DNA of 64,000 bases from Eledone cirrhosa (GCA_964016885.1 OZ024742.1:118854001-118918000), one strand, 5' to 3'; positions 1 to 15,120 are shown, counted from the first letter of the stretch. Numbers and translations are program-made. The notes: a model not told the origin generated them from the letters alone.

Positions 1-1346
1 AAATTGAAGTAAAACAAAACAATAACATTCTTGATAGAAGGAAGCTTTCTCTTAGACCACAACATTTCTAAAAAGATAACCTTCAATTATTTCACTTTCA
101 ATATTGATTTCTAAAAGGATAGTGGATTGGTAAAACTGCTAGGGCATCAGACGAAATGCTTTGTAGGATTTAATTACAGCCCTTTACATTCTGAGTTCAA
201 ATCCCACTAAGGTCAACTTTGTTTTTCATCCTTCCAAGGGTTGATAAAATAAAGTACTACACAAGTACAGGGGTTGATTTAATCCTTTAGCATTTAAACT
301 GGCCGATTCTAGTCAGAATTCTCTCACCTCTTTCTGTTCAAACCGGCTGTAACTGGCCTCTCATACTTATTTTAAGGTATTGTTCCCAAAATAAATATTA
401 TCTAAATCTCATAAATTTGATATTATGTGAAATAAAGCCTTTAACATGAAAATACAATAGTATATATAATGTAAATGCTAAAGGGTTAATACATATTTCA
501 ATATCAATCTAAATGATATTATTCCTCATCATCAGTGTTGCCATAATAATCACCATCCCTGCTGTTGCCAATGTTGGCAGAATTGTTAAAGCATCAAATA
601 GAATGCGTTATGATATCTGTTCCAGCTTATTGCATTCTGAATTCAAATCCTACAAAGGTCAACTTTGTCTTTCACCCTTCCAGGGTCATTGCTTTCTTCT
701 TCATCCACTTATTCCTGGGAGGTTGTGAGGGCAGAATCCTCAGACACACTTTCAAGAGGATCCTATCAGAAGCAACCATCTTCAACTGATCCGGCTGGAT
801 CCCCAAAAGAAACTAGCCAAGCTCATGGATATTGTATGTGCAGTCGTGGCTATGTGGTTTAGAAGTTTGCTACTAAAGCAAGTGATCCTGAGTTCAGTCC
901 CACTGCATGGTACACAGGCAAGTGTCTTCTGCTATAGCCTCAGATCAATGACAGCCTTGTAAGGGAAATATGGTTGATGGGAACTCTGTAAGAACCTGTC
1001 AACTATGTCTTCACTTCCTTCTAATGTTGGTAAAATAAATTATCAGTCATGCACTGATGTTGATTTAGTCAAACTCCCAACCAAAATTGCTGTCCTTATG
1101 CCTAAATTAGAAAACCTTATTATTATTATTATTTAACATCTACAAGGCAGAATCATTAGAGTGGCAGAATCATTAGAGTATCAAACAAAATATGTGCTAT
1201 TTTTTGCAGATATATTGAGTTTAAATACTGCCGTGATTAACTTTGCCTTTCATCTGTCCAGGATTGATAAAATAATGTACCAGTCAAATACTGGGGTCAT
1301 TTTAGTTAACTTTTCTTCCAATTACTAGCCTTCTGCCAGAGACTGC

Positions 1347-1383
<37 letters not shown>

Positions 1384-1593
1384 TAATAATAATAAGGGTG
1401 GTTGATTGGTAGTATCGAATAACATGTTGTGCGGCATATAGTTATGGCCCTTTACGTTCTGAGTTCAAATCTTAGCTTTGCCTTTCATCCTTATGGGGTT
1501 GATAAAATAAAGTATCAGTAATGCACTGGGGTTGATTAAATCGACTTTCTCCTCCCTCAAATTGTTGGCCTTGTGCCTATGCCAGAAACCATT

Positions 1594-1783
1594 GTGGATT
1601 GGCAGTATCGGTAGAGGGTCGGACGCCATGCTTTGCAGCACAGTTACGTCCCTTTACGGACTGAGTTCAAAACCCGCCGAGGTTAACTTTGCCTTTCATC
1701 CTTAAGGGGTCGATAAAATAAAGTACCAGTAATACACTGGGATAATTGCTGGCCTTGTGCCAAAAGTAGAAACAATTATTATT
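1594..1783 (+). mobile_element. SINE family A (tRNA-like head, conserved gcctttcatcctt..gggtcgataaa core)
   Basis: A-box tggcagtatcgg, B-box gagttcaaa, tail tgtgccaaaagtagaaacaattatt. Diverged copies lie at ~121-280, 572-685, 1150-1340, 1397-1593, 3660-3800, 6507-6640, 33100-33300 and 34515-35055. Confidence 0.85.
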
Positions 1784-2711
1784 TAATGTCTAGTGTATCA
1801 GTACATTTTAGAAAAATGATATCCTAAGCAAATATATGTTTACATCCAGAAAGAGATTATAAAATCTAATCGATAATCTGAACAAACAGTATTCTGTTGT
1901 AAATAGTAAGATGTATATTGAGACTTTTCTTGAATATCTTGAGTTTTTACTTGACTATTCTCCCCAACTCTCTCTTTCAGACACTAACAAAGAAAGGAAT
2001 TTTTGAAAAAAAACAACAAAACATTTATGGGAATATATTATGTAATGAAATACAATGTATTATACTTTAAAATATATCTTACTTTCAATTTAGAGATATT
2101 CAGAGTTAAAAAAAAATTTACCTTGTATAGAATAGTTTCAATTTGAGGCACAATTTTGGATGAGAGGAAAGTCAGTTAAATTGACTCCAGTATTTGATTG
2201 ATACTTTTTTTTATTGACTTTCAGATAGATGGAAAGCAAAGTTGAGTTCGATATGTTTTGAACTGAAATGTAAAGAACCAGTACAAATATACTGCAAAGC
2301 ATTTGTTTGTCCCTCTAACAATTCTGTCAATACACCGTTGCCACTCTTCATACTTGCATAGAATAAATTAAAATGGTACTTTGCAGCTAGACAGATCTAG
2401 CTAGTCAAGTATCATTTTTCAAATCTTTTCCAATTCTTCATTCTATTTGTAAAACAGCTACAGACAATTTATTTTGGCCATCTGTTTATTATCTCCTTTC
2501 TTATACAAAGCAGACATCTATTGGAAATTCATTAATGTCTTTCTCAAACAATTTTATTATATCTCTATTTGAGGTTCTATAATTCAAAACTGTCCATTTT
2601 AAAATGCTCATATTCACATTAACCCTTTTTATATTAAACTGTTTGCAATCACCCTTGGTTTTATTTCTCTATTTGAGGTTCTATTAAACAAAACTGTCCA
2701 TTCTAATGATG

Positions 2712-3050
2712 ATCATCATCATCATTTCATTTTACGTCCGCTTTTCCCTGCTTGCAAGGGTGGGACGGGAACTGATTCTGGCTTGATTTCTACAGCTGGA
2801 TGCCCTTCCTAATACCAACCTCATTTACAGTGAGTGCTGGGTGCTTTTTTGCCGTGGCACCTCCACGACCACTTTGCAGTGGAATGATATGGACCCCAGT
2901 CCTATCATCTCATTCTACAGCTGAGTAAACTGGAACAATGTGAAATAAAGTGTCTTGCTCAAGGAAACAACACATCACCCGGTCTGAGGATTGAACTCAC
3001 AACCTTTCGATTGCAAGCCCAATGCTCTAACCACTAAGCCATGTGCCTCC
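2712..3050 (-). mobile_element. SINE family B
   Basis: Full-length reverse complement of the 43460 copy, with an (ATC)n tail. Confidence 0.9.
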
Positions 3051-3939
3051 TTAATATTCATATTAATCCCTTTTATATCAAACTGTCTGAAACCACCCTT
3101 GGTTTTATGGTATTAAACTGGGTTTTTTTTAATAGTGTTTATATTTATCTAAAAACTTTCTATCAGTTGTTAGCTGTTGGGACACCGAATCCTTCAAAAC
3201 TTCCATGCTTCCTGAAATTCACCAACACTACATCTGATATTCCCCCTCCATACACACGCTCACATGTGTGTGTATGTGTGTATATCATGACTCATACACT
3301 GTTCCTTTTCCTGACATTTTTACAATATTCTTTGTACTATACATGCACCTTTGATGAGTTGTAGTGCACCTGAGAAATGTACACAATAATTTTCATTATT
3401 TTTATTTTTATTTTTATTTTTATTTTTATAATTTTATGTAAACATTTTTGATATTCCAAATGCCAGCTTAATAATGAGAATACTACAAATGATACCTTAG
3501 TCTGGTTCACCAATCTTGATCTGCCTCTCTAACTATTGTGAATATGTCATACAATGAGAAGAAAATTACTAAATTACTCCAAATTCTTGATTATTTGAAA
3601 ATCATAGTTAATGTATTTCATTAGAAATATGGCAAAGAAAAGTTTAAAACAGCAAAATGGCAAATTTCTTAGAATGTCAGATAGAATGCTTCATAGCAAT
3701 TGTTCCAGCTCTCTGCAGTCTAAGTTTAAATCCCACCAATGTAAACCTTGTCTTTTATCCTTTTAAGGTCAATAAATAAAGTACCAGTCCAATACTAGGG
3801 CTAATTCTTCCTCTATGTCTCTTTCTCACTTCCACTTTCTCTCTCTTGCCTTTTCTCTGGAAGAAATTGTCTATTTTCAGATTTGGAGAGGGACAAGCTT
3901 TGCCAGGATTAATTACCCAAGTGATGCTAAATATTATTG

Positions 3940-4245
3940 TACACCTGAGGTTGTGAGTTCAATTCTTGGACAGGGCTTTGCGTTGTGTCCTTGAGCGATA
4001 CACTTTATTTCACGCTGCTCCAGTTTACTCAGCTGTAGAAATGAGTTGCGACGTCAATGGTGCCAAGCTGTATTGACCTTTACCTTTCCCTTGGACAACA
4101 TTGGTGGCGTGGAGAGGGGAGACTGGTATGCATGGGCAACTGCTGATCTTCCACAAACAACCTTGTCCGGACTTGTGACACGGAGAGGAACTTTCTAGGT
4201 GTAAATCCCATGGTCATTCGTGACTAAAGGGTATCTACCCTTATT
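3940..4245 (+). mobile_element. SINE with a family B-like head but a different tail
   Basis: B-box gagttcaattc and body gtgtccttgagc.atacactttatttcac, then an unrelated 3' half. Related heads lie at ~5722-5990 and 34880-35010 (-). Confidence 0.65.
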
Positions 4246-4609
4246 ACTCCATTAGGAGGTCATGGCTCAAGGCTATAGGATAACCTATATCAAAACCTTC
4301 CAGCATAATTTTATATAAGAACCTTTCTTAAGTTAAGTTTCAGACACCAGCTTAATGATGAGAAAGTTAGTCTTAATACAAAATTCATCCAAACTTTTTA
4401 CTATATTCAAAATCAATAAAATCCCATTAGTAGTGTATTTCATTAGAATATGGTAAGGAAAGGGCCTCAACTATCTCTGGATTATGATTAAAAATAACAA
4501 ACAAGTGTAAAAAACAACTGTTTTACATATTTTACAATTATACACATACAAACACACACACATGCATATGCATGTGAATATGCACACATACATGTACATG
4601 TGCACACAT

Positions 4610-4703
<94 letters not shown>

Positions 4704-4714
4704 ACACACACACA
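4610..4714. repeat. (CA)n microsatellite
   Basis: Direct inspection. Confidence 0.97.
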
Positions 4715-7700
4715 CCACAATGCTATATCTAGTTTCAGTTCAAAGAAAACAAGAATATAAAGATAATGGCCGCCATAACTAACATTAAGAAAATAACATT
4801 GAATAAAGTTTGCTGTGTGTCGAAGAATCAACAGTTTTTTCCAAAATAATGTTTTTCACTGGATATCTGACTTTACAGTTTTGACTTCTAAGTCTAGTCA
4901 ATCTATAACACATGACACCATATTATATTATTACCTTACTAGAAGAAAGTTTTGTTAGCTAATATTTTTATTTTAATGGTATCATTCTTTCTGATGGAAT
5001 TCTTACTTGCTGCCATACTATACAGGCATCTTTGTAGATTTGACATTGCTTTATTGTTCAGCAGCTTCAGTAACAAACATGGTGGAATTTGCAATTGCTT
5101 TCCTTTATTACAATTCCTTATCAATGCCATTTATCTGTATTATGTCTAATTTCTTTGTTAATATGACTAAAGCTGTCAGGTTTAAATGCACAGACTAAAA
5201 TATACAAGACAAATTGTGAACCAGAGATCACATCAGCTGTTATATCTACAGAAGCAGGAGGTCAGTAGCCCCACTTCAGTACTGACATGGTCTATGTAGA
5301 CCCATCCAATTCTTGCTATCAAAGAAAGTAGACATTAAACAATGATGATGATAATGATGATGATTGCCTTACAATTATATAAACGAAATTTGAGATAGAA
5401 CACAGACTCTAGTATTAATTCTGACTTACTTGGCTTTGTTTCTGAATTTAAATCATGCCAAAATCAACTTAGTTCTTTATTGCTTTCACATTGATTTCAT
5501 ATTAATAATTCTCTGAAAGTGGTAAAATTCAGAATAAGAATAAAAGGCAGCCACAATTTTGGATAGTAGCCAGTGAAAAAAAAACTCTTTTGTTAACTCT
5601 TCCTATGTGTTCAGTGCTTGTTCTTTGTTAAACATATTGAAATTTCACATGAACTCAAATGATTCTCTTACACCAACTAATGTCATGTCTTCCTTGGTAT
5701 ACCTTTGTCGCCAGTATTCTCTGGCTTAGTAATTAGGGTGTTCAGCTCACAATTGTAATATCTCCTGACTGAGTAGTACATTGTGTCCTTGAGCAAGGCT
5801 CTTTATTTCACATTGCTTTAGTTCACTTAGCTGGAAAAAATGAGTTGCACCTGTAATTCAAAGGGCCAACCTTGTCACACATTATGTCACATTGAATTTC
5901 CCTGGGAACTACATTAAGGGTCTCTGGAATGCTCAACAACTTACACGTTAATTTTACGAGCAGGCAATTTCATTGTTTGAATCAATTGGAGCACTTGTTA
6001 GAAATGTTGGAGGTTCAGCAAGCACTCACTACTGGCACTTTTTCAGTCAGCAGTCATCACCCCTTTGCATCACATGTTTATTATACACCAGTATAACCAT
6101 CTGTCTTGTATACACCAGCTGATGCTTTTAACACTACTGCTCTCTCTGTTCCCTTCTCTTACACATTTTATGTAAATTAACATTACATAACTTACTGAAT
6201 TAAATCAACTTTATTTCTCTATAGCCTCTGTAGATCTTTTACATTCAGTTCCTACCTCTCACTACTAAGGGACATCACATTCATATGCTTTATATAATCT
6301 GTCTTACACTTGTGGGAAGAAACCGTTTGTTGCCAACAGAGGTGGTAATTCCCTTAACTTATTTCAACCTTCCACACACCAGCTATTATACTTTCACCAC
6401 AACTAACCCAGTACTTTTTTATTTTAGATAAGTAACAGAAATTATATTCTATTCATAGACTTCATTTAACTATTTCAGTGCTTACAGTTCCCTTTCATTA
6501 TGAAAAGGCAGTGAATTGGCAGAGTCGTCCCACCTCTTTGGACACTCTGGGTTCAAATCCTGCCCTGGTCAACTTTGCCTTTCATCCTTTCAAGGTCGTT
6601 AAAAAAAGTACCAGTCCAGTACTGGGGTCGATTCTTCCTCTATAGGAAAAAGCTGCTGTGTTCAGACCTGGAGAGGGTTGGGCTCTGCCAGGTTTAAAAG
6701 TGCCCTAGACACACCGTATGGCAGTGCCTCTACAACTCCACAAGGAGTTATGGGATCTTTATCCTTTTTATCCTTTCATTATGAAACCAATTCCATTTAT
6801 CATCATCATCGTTTAACATCCATCTTCCACGCTAGCATGGGTAGTACAGGCTATCCCATGTGAGGGATCAGGTCGGGAGACTGTGATTCGCTCACACAGA
6901 ACTGTTCCATTTATGAAATTCTTACTTATATATTAAGCAAGGCCACTTCCTAGAAGGCTGTAGAAATCCATTCTTTTAATCTAAACCATTATCTCATGTT
7001 TGGATCATTCCTGCCACTCTTTCACTTACTCTCTAAAAAGAAACATGTCATTTACATATAAAACTTTCCAATAATACCTATTCCTGAAATCTTATGTTAA
7101 TATCTAAAGAACTATAAGATGGCTAAAGACAGAGCTCTGGTGACCACCTAGCTGTCTTAACTCTTTAGCATTTAAACCGGCCATATCAGGCCAGAATTCT
7201 CTCACCTCATTCTGTTCAAACCAACTGTAACTGACGACTCATACTGAAGCTAATATAAAAATCTCATAGATTCAATATTATGTGAGATAATTATGTTAGA
7301 TAAAGCCTTTACCGTGAAAATACAATAGTAAATATAGAGTAATCATCATCATCGTTTAACGTCTATTTTCCATGCTGTAACTGGCCACTCATACTTATGT
7401 TAAGGTATTGTTCTCAAAATAAATAATATCAAAATCTCATAGATTCAATATTATGTGAGATAATTATGTGAGATAAAGCCTTTACCATGAAAATATAATA
7501 GTAAATATAGAGTAATGTAAATACTCTATAAGTACTGTTATTCCTAACCTTATTTACAAAACCCTTATACATGGCTTGCGCAAGCCAATCAGTGACAATG
7601 AAGATAAGACTCTGCTACCATCAACAAAATAACCATGTTGAATACTCAAAAAGGAGCAGGTAGAAACTCCATACAGTGGACACAAGATGTGTTGTTGGAT

Positions 7701-8376
7701 CATGGGTAGACTGACAGAAGTTAAACTTCATAAATGACAGATGCATGGAAGTAGTTGGGGGTAAGGGTACTCAAGAAATAAACGCTGTTAAATGTTCATA
7801 AAGTTTACTAGAAGAGTTTATTTAACATACAAAACACCCAAGATCACATTTTTCAATGTGTCCTTTATTTTAAGGATGATATGATGTTATTTGAGAAAGA
7901 CTGGGCTACTATTTCTTGCAGCCAAGTGACCATGAAGAGGCTGTCTTGCTGGCTCTTTATGTTGTAGCTATAACAATTGCTGTTATTGTATTCATCGTTT
8001 CAATGATATCCTATAGATATTAAGATTATTATTATAGTTCAACAACAACATTTCCTTTCAACTAGAGAATGTAAAACCTTTTGGGCACAATACCAAAATC
8101 AAAAGAAGATAAAGGTCAAAAAGGAATGCCACTATAAGCCAATAAAGGAATAATGGAACATATTTATTATATTTAACATTTAAAGCATTAACATAATTGG
8201 GTTTTCCCATAGACCATATTGTACAGAGAACAATCTATAAAATAAATAGATAAAAAGTGATTGATTTACATGTGTACTGATATATATATATATAGATATA
8301 GATATATATTAAAATTTTAAAATGTGACCATGCCAAATGCAGTAAATAATTGTAATAACAGTCAATCATTATAAAT

Positions 8377-8567
8377 AATTGTTTCTACTTTTGGCACAAG
8401 GCCAGCAATTATCCCAGTACATTACTGGTGCTTTATTTTATCGACCCCGTAAGGATGAAAGGCAAAGTTAACCTCGGCAGGATTTGAACTCAGACCATAA
8501 AGAACCGTAACTCTTTGCTACAAAGCATGGTGTCCGACCCTCTACTGATACTGCCAATCCACCGCCC
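8377..8567 (-). mobile_element. SINE family A
   Basis: Full-length reverse-strand copy. Others lie at 11097-11283, 13967-14163, 2140-2340 and 55660-55760. Confidence 0.85.
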
Positions 8568-9864
8568 AAATTACTCCTAGAGGTAGAAAAAAATGAACGA
8601 GGAATCGACCTTGTGTCTCAACTATCATCTATAGCGATAAGCTGTTATTATATTTTCTGTACTTGGGTCACTCACACACACACACATTATATATATATAT
8701 ATATACACACACTCACACACACACATGCATGTTCATACATACTTATGTATATATCCAGCCAAGAAAACAATGTGCCTGGGCATGATCATTTTAATCTACC
8801 TTGCTTGATTTGGAAGTGAGATGGTTTATTTGTAAGCATCATTATTAAAGAATACCTCGTCTGGTGGTGGAAGTCTGTAAAAACCAACCATCATAATTAT
8901 AAACATGATCAAATAGAAAGGTTGAGTCTGAGTATAAATACTGAAACAATTTCCTGTTACCTATTTCTGGTCAATATGAGAACTTGAATTCAATATGAAT
9001 ATTAGAAGCAAACTAACCACTTAATAAATTATGCAGGACTCCCAATGGTAATATCAGTGAACAGTGATTTCTCATCAAAATTTATTTATTGTTGGGAGGA
9101 GGTCAGGACTGTATCAATATTGAATTGTTTTGGCAGCTGTCAACAATTTTGTCAGGAGGTTATATGTCTTAACGTTAATTCATACAAACATATACGTAAC
9201 AATGGTATATTTTGTTGTTAGTGGTGGTGAGATATGATATTAGTCCATTGATTGGTGATTGGTGTTCATTGTGGCATAGCAAAAGTTGTAGTAGTAATTT
9301 GTTGTTGGCTTGATGGGAGATTATGTATAGTGTTGGTCTATCCCATAGAAAATGCTGGTGGGAAATGCCATTGAATGAACAAATAAAATATAAATACTAC
9401 TTGAACATATTTATTAATTCAATAACCTGCTACGAGGTTATATAAGAAAACAGTGCTTAAGTTGTTGTTGTGTATGCATGTGTGCAATGATTAAAAAAAG
9501 ATTATTTACAATACTTCTGTAATGTGATGATGGTCTTTGGCCTAGTATCAAGAGGGAGAGAGAAAGACCTGAAGGGGTCTGTGTGAGATAGTGGACTACA
9601 TCTTAACTGCTTGGAATCAACTCTGTAACTCCTGGCTTTGACTCTGGGAGCCGACTATTACTATCTCTCAGTCTGTCTCCAGAACACAAGACAAAGCAGA
9701 TGGTTGTTTGGTATGTAAAAATATTAGATATATTGGTGACTAAACCGATTAACCACGGAAACTTATCAACGAAGTCACCAAAGGTCATTTTATTTGTGGT
9801 TATTTGATAGTATGAAAGAAACTCTATTGAGGAAAGTATGAAATTACTGTTACGTATATATATA

Positions 9865-10326
9865 TATTGTTACATATGGGGACGGTCATGTTGCCAATGT
9901 TGCCAATAGAAAGAAACACAGGTATCATATAATTTTCACTTTATCTTTATTGTTCACTATTCATTCATTTGTCAAACTTCTTTTGTCACACATTCTGTGA
10001 CTTCCTCAATTACTATCCGTTTTATGCCTTTTTTTTTCCTGGTCTTAAACTTCTACTCTCTCCTGTCTTTGATTTGTGGTGTTTTTCGCATTTCATATCT
10101 GTGCATGCATTTGCTGCACCTTTATCTATGTGCATGTGTGTGTTTATGTGTTTTTGTGTTTGTCATGTCTATGTGTGTTTTATGTGTGTGTGGGTTTGTA
10201 TCGTTTGCTGTTTGGCTATCTGTATCTCCCCACCCCCACCCACCCCATTCTGTCTTCACAGAATATAACAATATCGGTTTCAACACATGATTTTACATCA
10301 AGAATCTTGCAGAACAAATACAGAAA

Positions 10327-10327
<1 letters not shown>
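9865..10327 (-). mobile_element. Older copy of the same PLE UTR family as 39349-40640
   Basis: Shares catgttgccaat, gtcacacattctgtgac and tataacaatatc.gtttcaacaca...aagaatcttgc with the 39.3-40.6 kb element. Its hammerhead core is degenerate. Confidence 0.65.
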
Positions 10328-10366
<39 letters not shown>

Positions 10367-10557
10367 AAAGGAAAACAGAATAGGACCCGTCCAACCCTTG
10401 CAAGCAGGGAAAAGCAGACGTAAAATGATGATGATGATGATAATGATGATGATATATATATATATGTATGTAAAAGGTAAACAGAAATAACAACACAATC
10501 GGTACAGTATATGGAAGGGATATATCAGGTTAACGCTTGATATAGCAGGAAGAGGGT

Positions 10558-10591
10558 CTTAACGCTTCGGACGCTAGTCCTTCATCAGAAA
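10558..10591 (-). ncRNA. Degenerate hammerhead motif in a probable PLE 3' end (~10460-10760)
   Basis: CUGAUGA-A-GGAC-uagc-GUCC-GAAG-CGUUA; GAAA is mutated to GAAG and helix I is weak. Confidence 0.5.
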
Positions 10592-11312
10592 AAAGAATGA
10601 GAAATAAGATAGATTGAAGGGACGGGTGGGTTGGAATTGGAAAAAATGTCTTTAGATAAAAATAACAGGTCCATTCATGTTGACATCTTTTTGCAAAACT
10701 GTTGGTGCTGGCGTTTTATGTATAATTTATTTTTTAGAAAAGTGGATGATGGAGCGCGTCTACCTGTAAATTAACATGAGAGAAAGGAACTTATATATGA
10801 GAGGAATGGTGCTTGTAGTCTCTGACTATCTTGCCTTGTTTTTGCAAATGTGTAAGTATAACAGCACTGCAAATCAAACAACAAAAATATTATTATAAAT
10901 TATATAGAAAAGAAATGCTTGTTTATTGAAGTGTTTATATTTAAATTATTCAAGGAAGATTTCTGTCATTGACTGTATTACTGTTTGAAAATATAAAATC
11001 TAAGCTAAAAAGTCTTACATAAATTCTTCACCTAAAATTATATTTGAAATTTTAAGCTGTTATGACTTATTCAGGAATAGAGATTATAATAATAATAATT
11101 GTTTCTACTTTTGGCACAAGGTCAGCAATTACACAGTACATTACTGGTACTTTATTTTATCAACCCCATAAGGATGAAAGGCAAAGTTGACCTCTGCGAG
11201 ATTTGAACTCAGAATGGAAAGGGCCGTAATTCGATGCGTCAAAGCATGACGTCCGACCCTCTACCGATACTGCCAATCCACCACATTATTATTATATAAT
11301 AATAATAATGAA

Positions 11313-11625
11313 AATGATTGTGTACAGTGCTCAGGTGCACTACAACTCATCAAAGGTGCATGTATAGTACATAGAATAATGTACAAAAGTCAGGAAAGTG
11401 AACTGTGTATGAGTCACGATATACACACAGACACATACATGTGTGCATGTGTGTGTGGAGGGGGAATATCAGGTGTAGTGCTGGCAAATTTCGGGAAGCA
11501 TGGAAATTTTGAAGGATGCAGTGTTTCAACAGCTAACAACTGATGCAGGCAGTTTGTTCCATATTTCAGCATGAAAAAATCTTTCTGAAAATCATTGAAG
11601 CTGTACAGTTTTCTGATTTTGTAAG
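11313..11625 (-). mobile_element. CR1/L2-like LINE 3' end
   Basis: The minus strand reads EIWNKLPASVVSC*NTASFK followed by a 3' UTR. A second copy lies at 3162-3395 (+). Confidence 0.65.
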
Positions 11626-11820
11626 CATGTAAACAAAAAAGATCAATTTCATTGAATTATGTATTTCATTTTACTTAAATTATTAAAGGACAATAAACAT
11701 GAATTATTATAAAATGTCCCATAAGGTGAATTTTCAAGAAATGTACTTCTAAAGACAAGAACAAACATTGCACACAGATGTCAATAATTTGTTTCCAATA
11801 CATCATTCTCTATACTGAAA

Positions 11821-12172
11821 CATACCTGCCAACCTCTAAAAATCCAAACAGGGAGTACCATGAAAAAAAGAGCCCCAAAACAGGAAGAAATGAGGCAAAA
11901 TTGGGAGATTTTACATAATTATTTCTACTTTTGGCACAAGGCCAGCAATTATCCCAGTGTATTACTAGTACTTTATTTTATCGACCCCGTAAGGATGAAA
12001 GGCAAAGTTAACCTCGGCGGGATTTGAACTCAGATCATAAAGGGCCGTAACTTTATGCTCCATAGATTTTACATAATGAAAGCTATACCCATTTTCACAA
12101 GAGAAGACATCTCTCACCCACCCCAAAGTGGGTGGGAGATCTCACCGTCCGACAGTGTGAGTTGACAGGCCT
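11821..12172. mobile_element. hAT-like MITE carrying a nested SINE A insertion
   Basis: Imperfect TIRs catacctgccaac / gttgacaggcctg. The nested SINE (~11917-12063) is flanked by the 14-bp TSD agattttacataat. Confidence 0.6.
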
Positions 12173-12427
12173 GTTAAAAGCTATCTAATGAATGATTGAA
12201 AACTTTGAGCATCCAAGTAAGTTAATTTTGAATGTTTATTCAGTAGAGTAACTTTAAAAAACAAAATCTCACAAGTTTCTGAAGTACCTAACATATAAGG
12301 TACATTAGTATACCTATATAGTTTGGTGAGGCCCATTAATTGCCATTTGATATCAAAGCTTATATTACCGAGTCCCCAGATAAATATTGACAAAGTTGCC
12401 TCATTATTTCTAAGCTGGTTCTAGATT

Positions 12428-13532
12428 CATCATCATCATCATCACCGTTTTACGTCCGTTCTTCCACGCTAGCATGGGTTAGACGGGTTGTCCTGTTGTG
12501 GGCAGTGTCTGGTTGGCTGACCATGCCTTGCTCATACAGGAACTGATTTGGCTTGATTTCTACAGCTGGATGCCCTTCCTAACACCAACCTCATTTACAA
12601 TGAGTGCTGGGTGCTTTTTTGTGGCGCCTACAAGTCCACTTTACAGTGTGGGCTGGGTGCTTTTTTGCGGTGGGGGGTGTGGGGGCATATTATCTATATG
12701 CTTCAGCTTGTACCCATGGGAGGTCGGCTACTCTGTATTACTGCGTGACGGTAGAGGTCACGGTCGTGTGTCATCGCCTTTGAGAGGTGTAATTGGGTAA
12801 GGTCGGCTTTTATCACCTCATCCCAGGTCATCTTGGGTCTTCCCACTCCGTGGTTTCCATCGACTTCTAGTGCTCTGCACCTTTTTATGCAGCTGTCATC
12901 CTTCATACGCATCACATGTCCATACCAGCGCAACCGCCTCTCCTGCACACAGCATTTGATTCCTCTTATGCTCAGTCTCTCTCTCAATTCATTTATGCTT
13001 TGTCGTTCGCGTATATTACTGTTACACATCCATCGGAGCATGCAGGCTTCGTTTCTCTCTTATCTACGTAAGTCTTCCACCTTCAGCGCCCAGGTCTCAC
13101 TACCATGCAACATCGCTGTTCGGATACATGCATCATACAGTCTGCCTTTCATTTTGAGGGAGAAGCCTTTTGCAGCTAGCAGTGGCAGTAGTTCCCTGAA
13201 CTTCTTCCACCCCGTTCTTACTCTAGTTATTGTACTTTCTGAACACTCACCTCCGCTGCTAATTCGCTCACCTAGGTAGCAGAAGCTGACTACTGTTTCT
13301 ACAGAACCCTCCCAGAGATTGGTGGTACTTGTTTCCTGTGGCTGTTTGCTGCTTGCTGTCCCAGCACAGTTGCTGCATGTGAAGCCTACATTCTTAATTA
13401 AGCTTCCTGAGATCCCGCTACATCTCTTGTGTACCCATTGTTTGCATTTGGGGCAGAGAATGGAGTTCCTACCTACACCTTTCCTACATACTGAGCAAGG
13501 CCATTTCCCTGAGGGGATCTGGGTTCTGTTTT
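12428..13532 (-). mobile_element. 5'-truncated RTE LINE, family 2
   Basis: Contains the PHD-like insert and C-terminus (ORF 12703-13041: RLRWYGHV, GRPKMTW) and a distinct 3' UTR ending (GAT)n. The same 3' end recurs at 53495-53855 (+) and 35575-35810 (-). Confidence 0.9.
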
Positions 13533-14260
13533 TGAATGAAGATTCTGGGCTTATTGAGAATGAGATGTCAATTCAATATAAAATTTCGAAACATTAGAAT
13601 TCGGTGTCACTAATATCTTTAGTGATATATCGATATTTAAGAGGGCGTTCATTCTTGTTTTTACCATTAAAAGTAAACTGGTGGCTAGTGGTAAAACCAT
13701 ATAATTTAGACAAACTCATATTAGATGCTAATATTAAATACTAATAAAAATTAGGTGATGGTGAATGTGAGGTTTAGAGATGAAATACAGGAGGAAAGAT
13801 TTGTGTCTTATGAGGAAGAAGATTTATGATCTGCATGTTAGTAAGATGTGGTGGGTGGTGGTGGTGGTGGTAGGTGAGGGTTAGGTTAGATGTAATTTCA
13901 TGGATGAACTTTTCCTGTTGACATTGACCAGCAGTTTTTTCAAGCAGAACATCAGTCACAATAATGATTTCTACTTTAGGTCAATAATATTTTGGGGGAA
14001 AGAAAGTTGACTAAATCTACCCCAGTTTGTTATTGGTACTTTATTTTATCAACCCTGTAAGGATGAAAGACAAAGTTAACCTCGGCGGGATTTGAACACA
14101 AAGGGTCGTAACTCTATGCTGCGAAGCAGGGTGTCTGATGCTCTACCGATACTGCTAATCCAAACCTCACAAATTTGGTTGGCCCTACAAAGGTCCGAGA
14201 TTGTGACTTCCTCTCCAGTTCAACCTATATCTGTATATCTGTATAAACAACCTTAGATAT

Positions 14261-14440
14261 AATTGTTTCTACTTTTGGCACAAGGCCAGCAATTATCCAG
14301 TACATTACTGGTACTTTATTTTATAAAGGATGAAAGGCAAAGTTAACCTCGGCGGGATTTGAACTCAGACCATAAAGGCATGCAACTATGCTGGAAAGTA
14401 TGGCGTCCAACCCTCCACTGATACTGCTAATTCACCGCCC
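14261..14440 (-). mobile_element. SINE family A with target-site duplication
   Basis: Flanked by aaccttagatataat / aaccttagctataat (15 bp, 1 mismatch). Confidence 0.88.
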
Positions 14441-14693
14441 AACCTTAGCTATAATACACGTCGAACATAAACAAACAAATGAGAGAAAACAATTAGTCTA
14501 AATTAAAAAAAAAACAATATCTATTGAAATAATTCACAGCTTTTTATTTGGTTTAAATACAATATTTCTTCTTTTTCTGAAATATATTTAGAATTACACA
14601 TAAACTTCAAAATGGAAAAAAATCACAAAACTATGTATATGGGTTTAATCACTAAGATAAAAACCCATACATAAAAATGTGTGTGTATATATT

Positions 14694-14742
<49 letters not shown>

Positions 14743-15077
14743 CGACATAAATAAATATATATATATATATATGTGTAGTTATATCTATATATAGGTATGC
14801 ATATATCTATAACTATACATATATATATATATATATATATATCTTTGTATAGTTATATAAGTGTGTGTGTGTGTGTGTGTCGGGTTCAATTGGGGGTAAC
14901 CACAGTAAGTAAGGTACTCAATACATGGTAGTGTAGAGATATTTGATATAGAAATGGCTCTACAGGACTAGACCTGTTTCATTCGAAGGAAATCATCAGA
15001 AAAGCCTGATGATTTCCTTTCAATGAAACAGTTCTAATCCTGTAGAAGCCATTTCTATATTATATATAAAATATCTT

Positions 15078-15120
<43 letters not shown>

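Noticed and set aside
4720-5195. Non-repetitive island with minus-strand ORF 4939-5130 and plausible splice signals
   Set aside because: No recognisable protein family, stops in neighbouring frames and no partner exon. It cannot be supported without transcripts.
8857-9788. Possible 19-nt micro-exon near 8857-8875 and ORF 9603-9788
   Set aside because: Splice-like signals of this quality occur by chance in AT-rich DNA, and no homology was recognised.
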